Shown here one piece after another: positions 36,690 through 47,324 of a DNA stretch of 64,000 nucleotides. This DNA comes from Desulfuromonadales bacterium (GTDB lineage: Bacteria > Desulfobacterota > Desulfuromonadia > Desulfuromonadales > JACZKF01), in contig JARFUG010000002.1 of the NCBI GenBank assembly GCA_029289095.1, positions 50,880 to 114,879 of the forward strand. The letters run 5' to 3'. Positions within the stretch are counted from its first letter, which is position 1. Each line of letters opens with the position of its first letter. A program made the translations under genes and the position numbers. The notes below the pieces were generated by a model that was not told where the DNA came from, searched no databases, and worked only from the letters and a program-made list of their open reading frames with translations.

Positions 36690-36901
36690 GATTCAGGAAC
36701 ACCCTCTTCTCCCCCCCTTCCAACCGATTTCTTCCCCAAATTCACCTTTCTAGTAGGGAAATCCCTGCTTTTGAACCCCGCTCCCAGCAAGACGATTGAC
36801 AAAGTCATAATTCGGCTCTTAATTGAAGCAGGAACCCGACTCCAGGAGGGACGGGGTCTTGACCCATCCATTGGACGAGGGCAGAAAATGGGAGGAACCT
36901 C

Positions 36902-38317
36902 ATGCAAACGAAAGGGATAACAAAGATCGGAAGGCTCTTCGTGCTTATTCTTTCCGCCGCGGCTCTGGCGGCCTGCGGCGGCAGCGGGGCGGGCGGAGGC
37001 TCTGAGGTCCGCAGCCTCGGCGAGATCGAAGCTCTTGGGAGCATCATCGTCAACGGAGTCAAGTTCGAAATCGAAGGAGGCCAGATCATCGGCCTCGACA
37101 ATACGGCCGAGGACCTCAAGCCCGGGCGGGTTGTCCTCGTGGAGGGCCGGGTGAATGACGACGGCGCCACCGGTCGTGCCGCCCGCATCAAGTTCGAGGA
37201 CAGCGTCAAGGGGCCCCTCACAGCGCTCGATGAAGACGGAACGATCGCCATCGGCGCCGTCATGGGTCAAACGGTCATCTTCGAGGACAACATCACCAGG
37301 TTCGATCCCGCTACCGGCCTTCCTCTCGGCGATGACGTGAACAAGGTTTTCGTCATCAGCGGCTTCGAGCGCGACGACGGGAAGATCCAGGCCACCTATG
37401 CCGGCAGGCTCTCGGACGATCTGGCCAATTTTCTGGCCAACGGCGGAGTCCTGGAGGTCAAGGGGACGGTAAGCGGCCTGAACGCATCGGCCCAGACCTT
37501 CATGATCAGCGGACTGACCGTCGACTACAGCAACGCCCTGTTGCGCGATCTCCCCGGCGGTCTCCAGAACGGCCTCTTGGTCGAGGTGAAGGGGAGCGCT
37601 TTCAACGTCGACACCAATACCCTTACTGCCAACGACATTGAGGGGAAAGCCCGAAGAATGGGCGATGACATCGCCAGAGCCCAGGTGGAGGGGTTCGTCG
37701 CCGACCTGAACACCGGCGCCCGCACCTTCACCGTCAACGGCCAGACGGTAGACTATTCCAGCGCCGCCTTCCGCGCAGGAATCGAAGCCGACCTGGCGAA
37801 CGGCGTCAAAGTCGAGGCGCAGGGTCCCCTGGCAAACGACCTCCTGCAGGCGAGCCGCGTCACCTTCAAGGAGAGCGTGCGCATCGAAGCCGACGTGCTG
37901 GCGATCGACACGCTCGCCCGCACCATCACCCTGCAGGGCCTCACCGGCCTCACCATCATCGTCCATCCCGAACTCACTCGCGGCGCCGGCGATCTCGCCC
38001 TTCTGGCAGAGGGCAACGAAGTGAAGATCCGTGCCCGCGAAGCGGCTTCGGGTCTGATCGCCACCCGTCTTGAGAAGATCGACGATCGCCCCGGTGGCGT
38101 CACGATCATCCAGGGTCCTGTAACGGCTGTGAACAATCCGACCGTGACGATCCTCGGGACGATCGACGTCAACACCACCACCATCAACAATGAAGACTTC
38201 AAGGACCACGACAGGGTCATCGGTCGCACCGTCTTCTTCCAGACTCTGCAGCTCGACGACATCGTCAAGGCCCGGTTCCGCAACGGCAGGTGGGACCAGA
38301 TCGAGTTCCAGGATTGA
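36902..38317 (+). CDS. Lipoprotein with repeated DUF5666-like beta domains
   Basis: 471 aa with the lipobox LAAC followed by a Gly-rich linker. The repeated pattern is G.I..NGV.F....: it occurs as VNGVKFEI, FTVNGQTVDY and MISGLTVDY. GC3 is high in this frame. The 545-aa antisense ORF is rejected. Confidence 0.7.
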   Translation: MQTKGITKIGRLFVLILSAAALAACGGSGAGGGSEVRSLGEIEALGSIIVNGVKFEIEGGQIIGLDNTAEDLKPGRVVLVEGRVNDDGATGRAARIKFEDSVKGPLTALDEDGTIAIGAVMGQTVIFEDNITRFDPATGLPLGDDVNKVFVISGFERDDGKIQATYAGRLSDDLANFLANGGVLEVKGTVSGLNASAQTFMISGLTVDYSNALLRDLPGGLQNGLLVEVKGSAFNVDTNTLTANDIEGKARRMGDDIARAQVEGFVADLNTGARTFTVNGQTVDYSSAAFRAGIEADLANGVKVEAQGPLANDLLQASRVTFKESVRIEADVLAIDTLARTITLQGLTGLTIIVHPELTRGAGDLALLAEGNEVKIRAREAASGLIATRLEKIDDRPGGVTIIQGPVTAVNNPTVTILGTIDVNTTTINNEDFKDHDRVIGRTVFFQTLQLDDIVKARFRNGRWDQIEFQD

Positions 38318-38348
38318 TCGCTTCGCCTCCCGCCATCCCCATGGAAAA

Positions 38349-38382
38349 GGGCGCAGGAGATCATGTCTGATCTCCTGCGCCC
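38349..38382. terminator. Bidirectional terminator between convergent genes
   Basis: GGGCGCAGGAGATC-atgtct-GATCTCCTGCGCCC forms a 14-bp perfect stem. AAAA lies on the left, which gives a U-tract for minus-strand glmS. Confidence 0.8.
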
Positions 38383-38510
38383 TTCCATTTAATAAAGCTG
38401 TAACAGGACAGCCGACGCTCTCACTTTGACGATACTTTGATCCAAATACCTTAGAAATTTAGTTATTCCCCACCATCGAGACCGCGAGCGAGAAAAATGT
38501 CGCGACGCCA

Positions 38511-40337
<1,827 letters not shown>

Positions 40338-40346
40338 AATAACTCC

Positions 40347-40490
40347 GTGAGGGGTGAGGAGTGAGGAGTGAGGAGAAAAGCTCTGTCCTCAATCCGATGT
40401 CCTCACGATATATAGAAAATCAGGCACAGGGAGTTTCAGGCTCGGAGCAAAGAGGTTTTGACGCCTCACTCCTCACGCCTCACTCCTCAC
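40347..40490. repeat. Intergenic element with inverted heptamer-array arms, between glmU and glmS
   Basis: The left arm is GTGAGGG GTGAGGA GTGAGGA GTGAGGA (40347-40374). The right arm is GCCTCAC TCCTCAC GCCTCAC TCCTCAC (40463-40490). The unique centre is 88 nt. The glmU stop codon lies inside the right arm. Confidence 0.85.
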
Positions 40491-41860
40491 TTTTTCTTCA
40501 GCTTCCACCCTTCCTTGTTGACCTGGGGGGTCCTGGACAGCGCGAGGGAGTCGGGGGGGACGTCCTTGGTGATGGTCGAGCCTGCGGCGATGAGGCTGCC
40601 GCGGCCGATGCGCACCGGAGCGACGAATTGGGTGTCGCTGCCGACAAAGACGTCGTCCTCGATGGTCGTCTTGTGTTTGTTGACGCCGTCGTAGTTGCAG
40701 GTGATGGTGCCGCAGCCGATGTTGACGTTGCGGCCGATCTCGGTGTCGCCGAGGTAGGTGAGGTGGCTCGCCTGGGACTTTTCGCCGAGAACCGCCTTTT
40801 TGGTCTCGACGAAGTTGCCGAGCTTGTTGTTTCCGGCAAGGACCGTCCCGGGCCGCAGGTGGGCCATGGGGCCGATGGCGCACTTGTCGCCAATACGGGA
40901 CTCGGCCATGACCGAACCGGCTTTGAGATGGACGCTGTCGCCGATGGCGCAGTCGGTGACGATCACGCCGGGCTCGACGATGCAGCCGCGCCCCAGACGT
41001 GTGGCGCCGCGCAGGTGAACACCGGGATGAATGATGGTATCAGGACCGATCTCCACTGCCGGATCGATGTAGGCCGCGGCCGGGTCGATGAAGGTGACGC
41101 CGCCGCGCATGAGCTCTTCGTTGATGCGCCGGCGCATGAGGGCGCCGGCCTCGGCGAGCTGCACCCTGTCGTTGATCCCCATCGTTTCGGCAGGCTCGGC
41201 GACCGCCAGGGCGCAGACCTTCTTTCCGGCGGCGCGGGCGACGGCCACAACGTCGGTGAGATAGTATTCGCCCTGTGCATTGTCGCGGCCCACCCCGCGA
41301 AGAGCCTCGAAAACGAAGGGGGTTTCGAAGGCGTAGATGCCTGTATTGATCTCGCGAATCGTCTTTTCCCGCGCCGTGGCGTCCTTCTCCTCGACGATGC
41401 GAAGAACCTCCTCTCCCTCGCGTACGATGCGCCCGTAACCGTGGGGATCGCTCATTTCGGCGGTCAGGATGGTGACGGCGGCCCCCTGGGTATGGTGATA
41501 GTTCAGAAGACGCTCGAGGCTCTGGAGGCGCAGCAGTGGAACATCGCCACACAGAAGAAGAAGGGCGCCGGCAAAGCCCTCGAGTGCAGGCCGTGCGCAC
41601 AGCAGGGCGTGTCCGGTGCCGAGCTGCTCCTCCTGCCGGACAAACCGCATTCCGCTGTCTCCGAGAGCCTTTTCCACGTCGTCGGCGCCGTGGCCGATCA
41701 CCATGACCGCCGGTTCGCAGCCGAGTTCACGCGTCAGGCGGGCAGGCCAGGCGGCCATCGGAAGACCGGCCACATGGTGGAGCACCTTGGGCAGTTCCGA
41801 TTTCATCCGGGTTCCCTTGCCTGCGGCAAGAATGACGGCGGCCCGCTGTTTCGTGTCCAT
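40487..41860 (-). CDS. glmU: Bifunctional UDP-N-acetylglucosamine pyrophosphorylase / glucosamine-1-phosphate N-acetyltransferase
   Basis: ORF trimmed to MDTKQRAAVILAAGKGTRM at 41860, with GGAGGGG upstream. The C-terminus has left-handed beta-helix hexapeptide repeats. Confidence 0.95.
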   Translation of the reverse strand: MDTKQRAAVILAAGKGTRMKSELPKVLHHVAGLPMAAWPARLTRELGCEPAVMVIGHGADDVEKALGDSGMRFVRQEEQLGTGHALLCARPALEGFAGALLLLCGDVPLLRLQSLERLLNYHHTQGAAVTILTAEMSDPHGYGRIVREGEEVLRIVEEKDATAREKTIREINTGIYAFETPFVFEALRGVGRDNAQGEYYLTDVVAVARAAGKKVCALAVAEPAETMGINDRVQLAEAGALMRRRINEELMRGGVTFIDPAAAYIDPAVEIGPDTIIHPGVHLRGATRLGRGCIVEPGVIVTDCAIGDSVHLKAGSVMAESRIGDKCAIGPMAHLRPGTVLAGNNKLGNFVETKKAVLGEKSQASHLTYLGDTEIGRNVNIGCGTITCNYDGVNKHKTTIEDDVFVGSDTQFVAPVRIGRGSLIAAGSTITKDVPPDSLALSRTPQVNKEGWKLKKK

Positions 41861-41956
41861 GAACCCCTCCTGTATCAAGAGTTTCCAAAGCTTGTCCCCG
41901 GCAGCGCCTGTCGGTTGTAACTGCTGATGGAATCATCATTAAGCTGGCGTAGTGGC

Positions 41957-41984
41957 ATTATACGGAAGGGCTTGTGGGAGTCAA
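41957..41984 (-). promoter_or_regulatory. Sigma-70 promoter candidate for glmU-glmS
   Basis: The minus strand reads TTGACT-N16-TATAAT. The rc positions are 41979-41984 and 41957-41962. Confidence 0.6.
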
Positions 41985-42026
41985 GAATCCATCGGTGAGA
42001 AGATCTCCATTGAAATAATTATCTTT

Positions 42027-42055
42027 TTGCAAAGCCTTTTTTTCTCAAGTATATT
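42027..42055 (+). promoter_or_regulatory. Sigma-70 promoter candidate
   Basis: TTGCAA-N17-TATATT, 21 nt upstream of ATG 42077. GGAG lies in between. Confidence 0.5.
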
Positions 42056-42076
42056 TGGTATCCAGGAGAAATATGC

Positions 42077-42631
42077 ATGAACGAACGGCAATCGATCGAG
42101 ATCGAACTTGGAACCATCGAGACCGCCCTAAAGGAGCTGGAGACGCGATTCGAGCAGTACCTGGCGGGGGTGGAAAAGCGCGCCCCGATACTGCAGCGCG
42201 ACAGGCTCGCCCAGCGTCTGCGAAAATTCGCCACCCGTCACATCACCCAGACCGATCTTCGCTTCCGCTTCCAGAACGTCGCCACCCGCTTTCACACCTA
42301 CATGGGGCACTGGGACCGCATCATGCGGCAGGTGGAGGAGGGTCGCCGAGTGCGCCCCGTCGCCACGGCTTCGCCCCGGCAGGCGAGCCCTCCTCCGACC
42401 CGTTCGCGCAGCTCGGCGAACGATGAGGTCGAGTCGATCTACCGGCAGCTCGTCGCCGCGCGAGATGCCGTCCCTTCAGGGGGGGGAACGGTGCCGGACC
42501 GTGAGCAACTGCGCACTTTTCTGGAGAAGCAAAGAGCTCAGATCAGAGAGAAATTCGGCGACCGTGAAGTTGAATTCATCGTGGAGGTCGACAAGGCTCG
42601 CCCCCGCATCAAGGTCCGGCCCAAGCGCTGA
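42077..42631 (+). CDS. Conserved hypothetical protein (MXAN_5187-like, from recollection)
   Basis: 184 aa. It has an N-terminal helical region (LKELETRFEQYLAGVEKRAP), a low-complexity linker, and a C-terminal module ending RAQIREKFGDREVEFIVEVDKARPRIKVRPK. Confidence 0.5.
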   Translation: MNERQSIEIELGTIETALKELETRFEQYLAGVEKRAPILQRDRLAQRLRKFATRHITQTDLRFRFQNVATRFHTYMGHWDRIMRQVEEGRRVRPVATASPRQASPPPTRSRSSANDEVESIYRQLVAARDAVPSGGGTVPDREQLRTFLEKQRAQIREKFGDREVEFIVEVDKARPRIKVRPKR

Positions 42632-42643
42632 GGTCCGGGGGAT

Positions 42644-43837
42644 ATGTCCCTTTCCGGCGTTTCAGCCGCCGGATGGCAGGTGCGCATGACGACCAGACAG
42701 GACAAGACGGCCCTGATCACCGCCGGCGGCGGCATCATGGGCGCCGCCTACGAGATCGGCTGTCTGACCGCCCTCGACCGACTCTTCAGACCGGGGTTCA
42801 ACAGCCGGCGCTTCGACATGTTCATCGGCGTGAGCGCCGGTTCGGTCATCGCCGCCCTCATGGCGAACCGCATCGCGCCGGCGCTTCTGTACCGATCGAT
42901 CATGCGCAACGAACGCCGGGTTTTCAACTGGCGCCGCTCCGACATCTATCGCCTCGACGCCCGCGAGGTTTTCGCCTCGTTCCGGGACGTAGGGCGCAAT
43001 CTCTTCAAGATCTACCGACACTACCGCAAGAGTCGCTGGACCTTCGCCCGCACCGACATCTTCCACATCCTTCAGGAGCAGTTCCCCGCCGGCTTCTACT
43101 CTCTCGAGCCGCTGGAGAGATATCTTTGTGACGCCTTCCGCAGCGAGGGGATCATCGACGATTTCGAGCGCCTCGACTCGCCTCTTTACATCCCCGCCTA
43201 CGACCTCGACCAGGGAGAGCGGGTCGTCTTCGGCAGCGAAGGATTCCGGGATGTGCACATCTGTCAGGCGATCACCGCCAGCAGCGCCATTCCTACTTTT
43301 TTTCGCCCCCACAAGGTGGGCGGCCGCTACTTCATCGACGGGTCCACCGGGGATGTCAGCCACATCGACATCGCCATCGAACGCGGCGCCCGGCTCGTCG
43401 TCGTCATCAACCCGCGAGTTCCGGTGCGAAACGACCCGGAACACTCGTGTCTGCCGTCTCTCTCCTTCGGCCGCTGCTCGGCGATCGCCGAACTTGGGAC
43501 AACCTTCGCATGGGAGCAGGCGCAGCGTATCGAGAGCCGAGAGAAGTTCAATCTCGCCCTTCAGAATCACAGGCGCGCCCACCCCGAAGTCGACATCGTG
43601 GTGATCGAACCGGGACCGGAAGAGTCCCTCCTTTTCTTCCAGAACCCGATGAGCAACGAGGCGCGCAACCATATCATGCGTTACGGCTACCAGCTCACCC
43701 TGGTGCAGTTGCGCAAACGGTTCGAGGAACTGAGTCCCGTTTTCGCCCGGCACGGCATCTGCCTGAGCCGCCGGCATCTGAAGCGCGATCCCCCCGCGGA
43801 AGACTCTCCTCACCTGCCGTCCTTCGGGAGCGTCTGA
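42644..43837 (+). CDS. Patatin-like phospholipase
   Basis: It has the oxyanion box GGGIMGAAYEIG, the nucleophile elbow GVSAG, and a catalytic Asp in IDGSTGD. An alternative start is ATG 42686. Confidence 0.85.
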   Translation: MSLSGVSAAGWQVRMTTRQDKTALITAGGGIMGAAYEIGCLTALDRLFRPGFNSRRFDMFIGVSAGSVIAALMANRIAPALLYRSIMRNERRVFNWRRSDIYRLDAREVFASFRDVGRNLFKIYRHYRKSRWTFARTDIFHILQEQFPAGFYSLEPLERYLCDAFRSEGIIDDFERLDSPLYIPAYDLDQGERVVFGSEGFRDVHICQAITASSAIPTFFRPHKVGGRYFIDGSTGDVSHIDIAIERGARLVVVINPRVPVRNDPEHSCLPSLSFGRCSAIAELGTTFAWEQAQRIESREKFNLALQNHRRAHPEVDIVVIEPGPEESLLFFQNPMSNEARNHIMRYGYQLTLVQLRKRFEELSPVFARHGICLSRRHLKRDPPAEDSPHLPSFGSV

Positions 43838-45720
43838 TGAAACAATCCTTTTCCGTCGTCTTCGCCACGCTGCACGCCCACCGATCCCCCCAGGCCGTTT
43901 CGCTGGCTTCGGGATGTCTTGCGGCCGCACTGCCGCCGCGGCTGCAGTCCGGCGTCCGCATCCTCGATTTCTTCCCGGAGGACGCACCGCAGGAGATCGC
44001 ACAGCAGATCCTGAGCGAGAAACCACGGGTGGCGGCTTTCCCCCTTTACACCTGGAACCGGGCGGCCGTGCTCGACCTGAGCCGCAGGATCAAGGAAGCG
44101 AGCCCCTCCGTCTACCTCGTCACCGGGGGTCCCGAAGCCAACGCCGACCCTGCGTCGATCCTGGCCGAGGGAGGCTTCGATGCCGTGGTGCGCGCAGAAG
44201 GGGAAAGCGCGTTTCGGGACGTGGTGGAGCATTTGGAGAGGGGCGCGGATCCGGCGGGAATCGCCGGGGTGACGGTGAAAAGCGCCGAGGGCGTCGTGAC
44301 GGGTCCGGAGCGGCTCGAAACGGAGGATCTTACCCTCTCACCCTGGCTGAGCGGGCTTCTCAGACCGTCTGCGGGAGTCCTTTGGGAGACGTCGCGGGGG
44401 TGTCCCTTCACCTGCGATTACTGCTATGACGGGCGCGGCACCCGGGGAGTGCGCAGCGTCTCCCCCCGGCGTCTGGAAGCCGAACTCGACCTCTTCACCC
44501 GCTCGGGCGTGGAGCAGATCTGGGTCCTCGATTCGACCTTCAACTACCCGCCCGAGAGAGGAAAGGAGATCCTGCGACTGATCCTCCGTACGGCCCCCCA
44601 GATTCACTATCACATCGAAGCGAAGGCCGAGTTCCTCGACCGGGAGACCGTTCACTTCCTCTCGCAGTTGCGCTGCTCGATTCAGATCGGCCTGCAATCG
44701 GCCCGCCCCGAGGTGCTGCGCAACATCCACAGGGCGTTCGATCCCGAAATTTTCAAACGAAAGATCCACCTGCTGCAGAGCGAGGGGATCGTCTTCGGCT
44801 TCGACCTCATTTACGGTCTTCCCGGGGACGATTACAACGGCTTTCGGGCGAGTCTCGAAACCGCTCTGGAACTCTCCCCCAACCACATCGAGATCTTTCC
44901 CCTGGCGGTCCTGCCCGGCACGGCCCTCTACCGCCGCCGCGATGAATTCGGCATCCGCTCAGAGAGCGCCCCGCCGTACCGTATCCTGGAGCATGCCACC
45001 TGCAGCGCCGCCGAACTCGACCGCTGCCGCCACCTGGCCGCCGCCGCCGACATCTTCTACAACATCGGGCGGGCGGTCGCCTTCTTTCCCGCCTTGCTTC
45101 GCTCCACGGAATTGACGGCCTCCGAGTTCCTCGAAGCGTTCTCCGCCTGGGCCTGCGGCCCCGGAGGGGTCGGACAGGAGCGCTGCGCCACCTCCGCGGG
45201 GTGGACCCCCGCCGTGGTCTACGAACAACAGGAGAAATTCGTCACGACACTGTTCAGAGAGAGGGGAAAAGAGAGCCTTCTGCCCGCGGCTCTCGATCTG
45301 ATGCGCTTTCACTTTCATTACGCCGAGACGCTGATGGGGGAAGAGACACCGCCGCGCCCGGATGGGAGTGCTCCGCGCACCGCCTGGGACAGACGCTGGC
45401 GCCTGGCGCCCGGCGTGCGCCTCGTCTCCTTTTCCTACGAACTGCTGGAGCTGCAGGAGATGGGGGAAGAAGCCGACCTGCAGGAATTCGTCGCCCTCTT
45501 TCGCCCCGTCGGCTCCACAGCGCTGTTCCTGCGCCGGGGCGATCAGGTGATCTGCGAATCTCTCGAGGAGGACTTTCTGAAGCTGCTGAAGGGAGCCGAC
45601 GGGGAGCACACCCCCGCGCAGATTTTCGGCGGGAGCATCGGCCGGCGCGAAGGGGAGGAAATCGTCGGGTTCGCCGTGGCGGAAGGAGTCCTCGTCCCGG
45701 CGGAAAAAATCAGGCGCTAG
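43837..45720 (+). CDS. B12-binding-domain radical SAM protein with a C-terminal DUF4080-like extension
   Basis: Its ATG at 43837 overlaps the patatin stop by 1 nt. The N-terminal domain is Rossmann-like and cobalamin-type. The radical SAM motif is CPFTCDYC. The C-terminal domain of about 200 aa is helical. Confidence 0.8.
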   Translation: MKQSFSVVFATLHAHRSPQAVSLASGCLAAALPPRLQSGVRILDFFPEDAPQEIAQQILSEKPRVAAFPLYTWNRAAVLDLSRRIKEASPSVYLVTGGPEANADPASILAEGGFDAVVRAEGESAFRDVVEHLERGADPAGIAGVTVKSAEGVVTGPERLETEDLTLSPWLSGLLRPSAGVLWETSRGCPFTCDYCYDGRGTRGVRSVSPRRLEAELDLFTRSGVEQIWVLDSTFNYPPERGKEILRLILRTAPQIHYHIEAKAEFLDRETVHFLSQLRCSIQIGLQSARPEVLRNIHRAFDPEIFKRKIHLLQSEGIVFGFDLIYGLPGDDYNGFRASLETALELSPNHIEIFPLAVLPGTALYRRRDEFGIRSESAPPYRILEHATCSAAELDRCRHLAAAADIFYNIGRAVAFFPALLRSTELTASEFLEAFSAWACGPGGVGQERCATSAGWTPAVVYEQQEKFVTTLFRERGKESLLPAALDLMRFHFHYAETLMGEETPPRPDGSAPRTAWDRRWRLAPGVRLVSFSYELLELQEMGEEADLQEFVALFRPVGSTALFLRRGDQVICESLEEDFLKLLKGADGEHTPAQIFGGSIGRREGEEIVGFAVAEGVLVPAEKIRR

Positions 45721-45728
45721 GCCAGAGG

Positions 45729-45813
45729 TTCAAGATTCAAGATTATAAGGCAGGCTCTGCCTTTGTCTTCAGTCCTCTGTCTTCCGTCCTCTGTCCTCTG
45801 GCTCCTGGCTCCT
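45729..45813 (-). repeat. Tandem heptamer arrays abutting the stop codon of the REC-PilZ-GAF gene
   Basis: On the plus strand, TTCAAGA TTCAAGA TTATAAG occupies 45729-45749 and is followed by the hairpin GGCAGgctCTGCC. Then comes GTCTTCA GTCCTCT GTCTTCC GTCCTCT GTCCTCT GGCTCCT GGCTCCT (45765-45813). On the minus strand this array (AGGAGCC x2, AGAGGAC...) begins 1 nt after the TAG stop at 45815-45817. Confidence 0.85.
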
Positions 45814-45814
45814 G

Positions 45815-47158
45815 CTACTTAAGAAGCAGATCCATGAACCCTCGATACGTCTTCTGCTTGCGCTCGGACTCCTCGTAGATTCTGGAGGAGAAGAGGGCTC
45901 CGGCGGCGTGCTCGGCGAGCATGGAGAAGAGCTGGTAGTCGAGGGGGTTGAAGCTCTCCTTGTGGACGAAGAGACGGTAGATGGCCAGGACGCCGATCGG
46001 CTGCTCGTGAATGCGCAAAGGGATGGCGGCAATCGGCTTCAGGGGGTCGTCCGATCCTTCGGCGACCGCGTCCTCGCTGAAAGAGCTCCGCCCCTCCTCC
46101 ACGACCTCCCTCCAAATCCCTTCGGATGCCGAAATCCTTGGAAACTCCCCGTCTCCAAACCCTTCTCCCGTCTCGAAGCGCAACTCTCCCGACTCCTGAT
46201 CGAGGGTCAGAAGGGCGAATTTCTCGGCGCCGATGAAATTGATCACGACCTCGTTGATGATGGTGGCGACCCTGCTGCGGTCAAGGACCGCATGCAGGCG
46301 GGAGGAGGCGACATAGAGGTTGGACAATACGTTGTTCACCTCTTCGATATTGATGATCTGCTCGGCAAACTCCCGGTTCTCCGATTCGAGATCGGCGATG
46401 CGACGCTTCAGGCGGGCGATTTCCTCAGAACTCTCCCGGGCATCGTTTGTGGCGGCCGGCGCCGCGGCGGGCTCCACAGCCCCTTCTTCGCGTTTCTGGC
46501 CGATGAGCCTGGCGATGATCTTCTGCCCTCGGGGATCGTGGCGAATGAAATAGACCCCCATTCCGGACTCGGCGCCTTCCTGGATCCGTTTGACGATCCC
46601 CAGCAGAGGAAGAGCCTTTCCTCCGGGGATTTCGAGCTTCATCTCCAGCACGGTTCCGATGGGGAAGATGTTCTGGGTGCCGATGAAGATGCCGGTGGTG
46701 GAGAGGTCGCGGGCATGAGCCAGGAAGCGTTTTTCCCCCGACTGAATCATGACGCGAAGCGAAAGAGCGATTCGCTCGGAGGTGCGCCTGCGCACCTTGC
46801 CGAGAACCCGTTGCACCTTTTCGATCAGTTCCCTTCTGGAGATCGGCTTGGTGATGTAATCGTCGCAACCTGCTTCGAGACACTGGCGCACCTCTTCGTC
46901 GCGCCCCGAGGACGTCACGACGATGACCGGCAGAGATTTCCAGCGCTCGCTGCTGCGCAGGCGCCGGCAGACCTCGTCCCCTCCGATTCCGCTCAGATTG
47001 AAATCGATGAGCAGAATGTCGGGTTGGACCGTCTCGAGTTGCGCGAAAACCTCTTCGCCCGACCGGGCGGTATCTACTCGATGACCGTTTCCTTCGAGGA
47101 AGAACTTCTCAAGTTCCACAAAGGAATCGGTGTTATCGGCCAGTAAAACATTTGCCAT
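45815..47158 (-). CDS. Response-regulator receiver + PilZ + coiled coil + GAF domain protein
   Basis: The start is probably MANVLLAD at 47158, with GGAG 6 nt upstream. REC has the phospho-acceptor context ILLIDFNL. The PilZ motifs are RRTSER and DLSTTG. The C-terminal domain is GAF-like. Confidence 0.8.
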   Translation of the reverse strand: MANVLLADNTDSFVELEKFFLEGNGHRVDTARSGEEVFAQLETVQPDILLIDFNLSGIGGDEVCRRLRSSERWKSLPVIVVTSSGRDEEVRQCLEAGCDDYITKPISRRELIEKVQRVLGKVRRRTSERIALSLRVMIQSGEKRFLAHARDLSTTGIFIGTQNIFPIGTVLEMKLEIPGGKALPLLGIVKRIQEGAESGMGVYFIRHDPRGQKIIARLIGQKREEGAVEPAAAPAATNDARESSEEIARLKRRIADLESENREFAEQIINIEEVNNVLSNLYVASSRLHAVLDRSRVATIINEVVINFIGAEKFALLTLDQESGELRFETGEGFGDGEFPRISASEGIWREVVEEGRSSFSEDAVAEGSDDPLKPIAAIPLRIHEQPIGVLAIYRLFVHKESFNPLDYQLFSMLAEHAAGALFSSRIYEESERKQKTYRGFMDLLLK

Positions 47159-47227
47159 TATCATCTCCATCGGCGCTTCCCCATCACTGGCCCAGGGTTT
47201 TCCCCCGGAAACCCGGTATGATGCTTT

Positions 47228-47255
47228 ATTATCGGACAGAAAAAAACTAGCCCAA
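47228..47255 (-). promoter_or_regulatory. Sigma-70 promoter candidate for the REC-PilZ-GAF gene
   Basis: The minus strand reads TTGGGC-N16-GATAAT. Confidence 0.4.
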
Positions 47256-47269
47256 CCCCGCCAAAATGT

Positions 47270-47300
47270 AAAGCCCTCCTTTCAACGAAAGGAGGGCTTT
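47270..47300. terminator. Bidirectional terminator
   Basis: AAAGCCCTCCTTTC-aac-GAAAGGAGGGCTTT forms a 14-bp perfect stem with A and T runs on either side. Confidence 0.8.
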
Positions 47301-47324
47301 ATATGCGCAGACGAGCCGCCGGAC

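Noticed and set aside
36572-38209. A 545-aa minus-strand ORF opposite the DUF5666-like lipoprotein gene.
   Set aside because: The plus-strand frame has a lipobox signal, GC3-rich codons and repeated beta-domain motifs. The minus-strand product has none of these, so it is a high-GC antisense artefact.
40338-40486. A possible glmS ribozyme upstream of glmS.
   Set aside because: No match to the conserved ribozyme core is recognisable, and the ribozyme is characteristic of Gram-positive lineages. The region is instead explained by the inverted heptamer arrays.
42644-43837. The patatin-like lipase, considered as an effector of a CBASS-type anti-phage system.
   Set aside because: No cyclic-oligonucleotide synthase, sensor or other defence gene is adjacent. 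Its partner is a B12 radical SAM enzyme.
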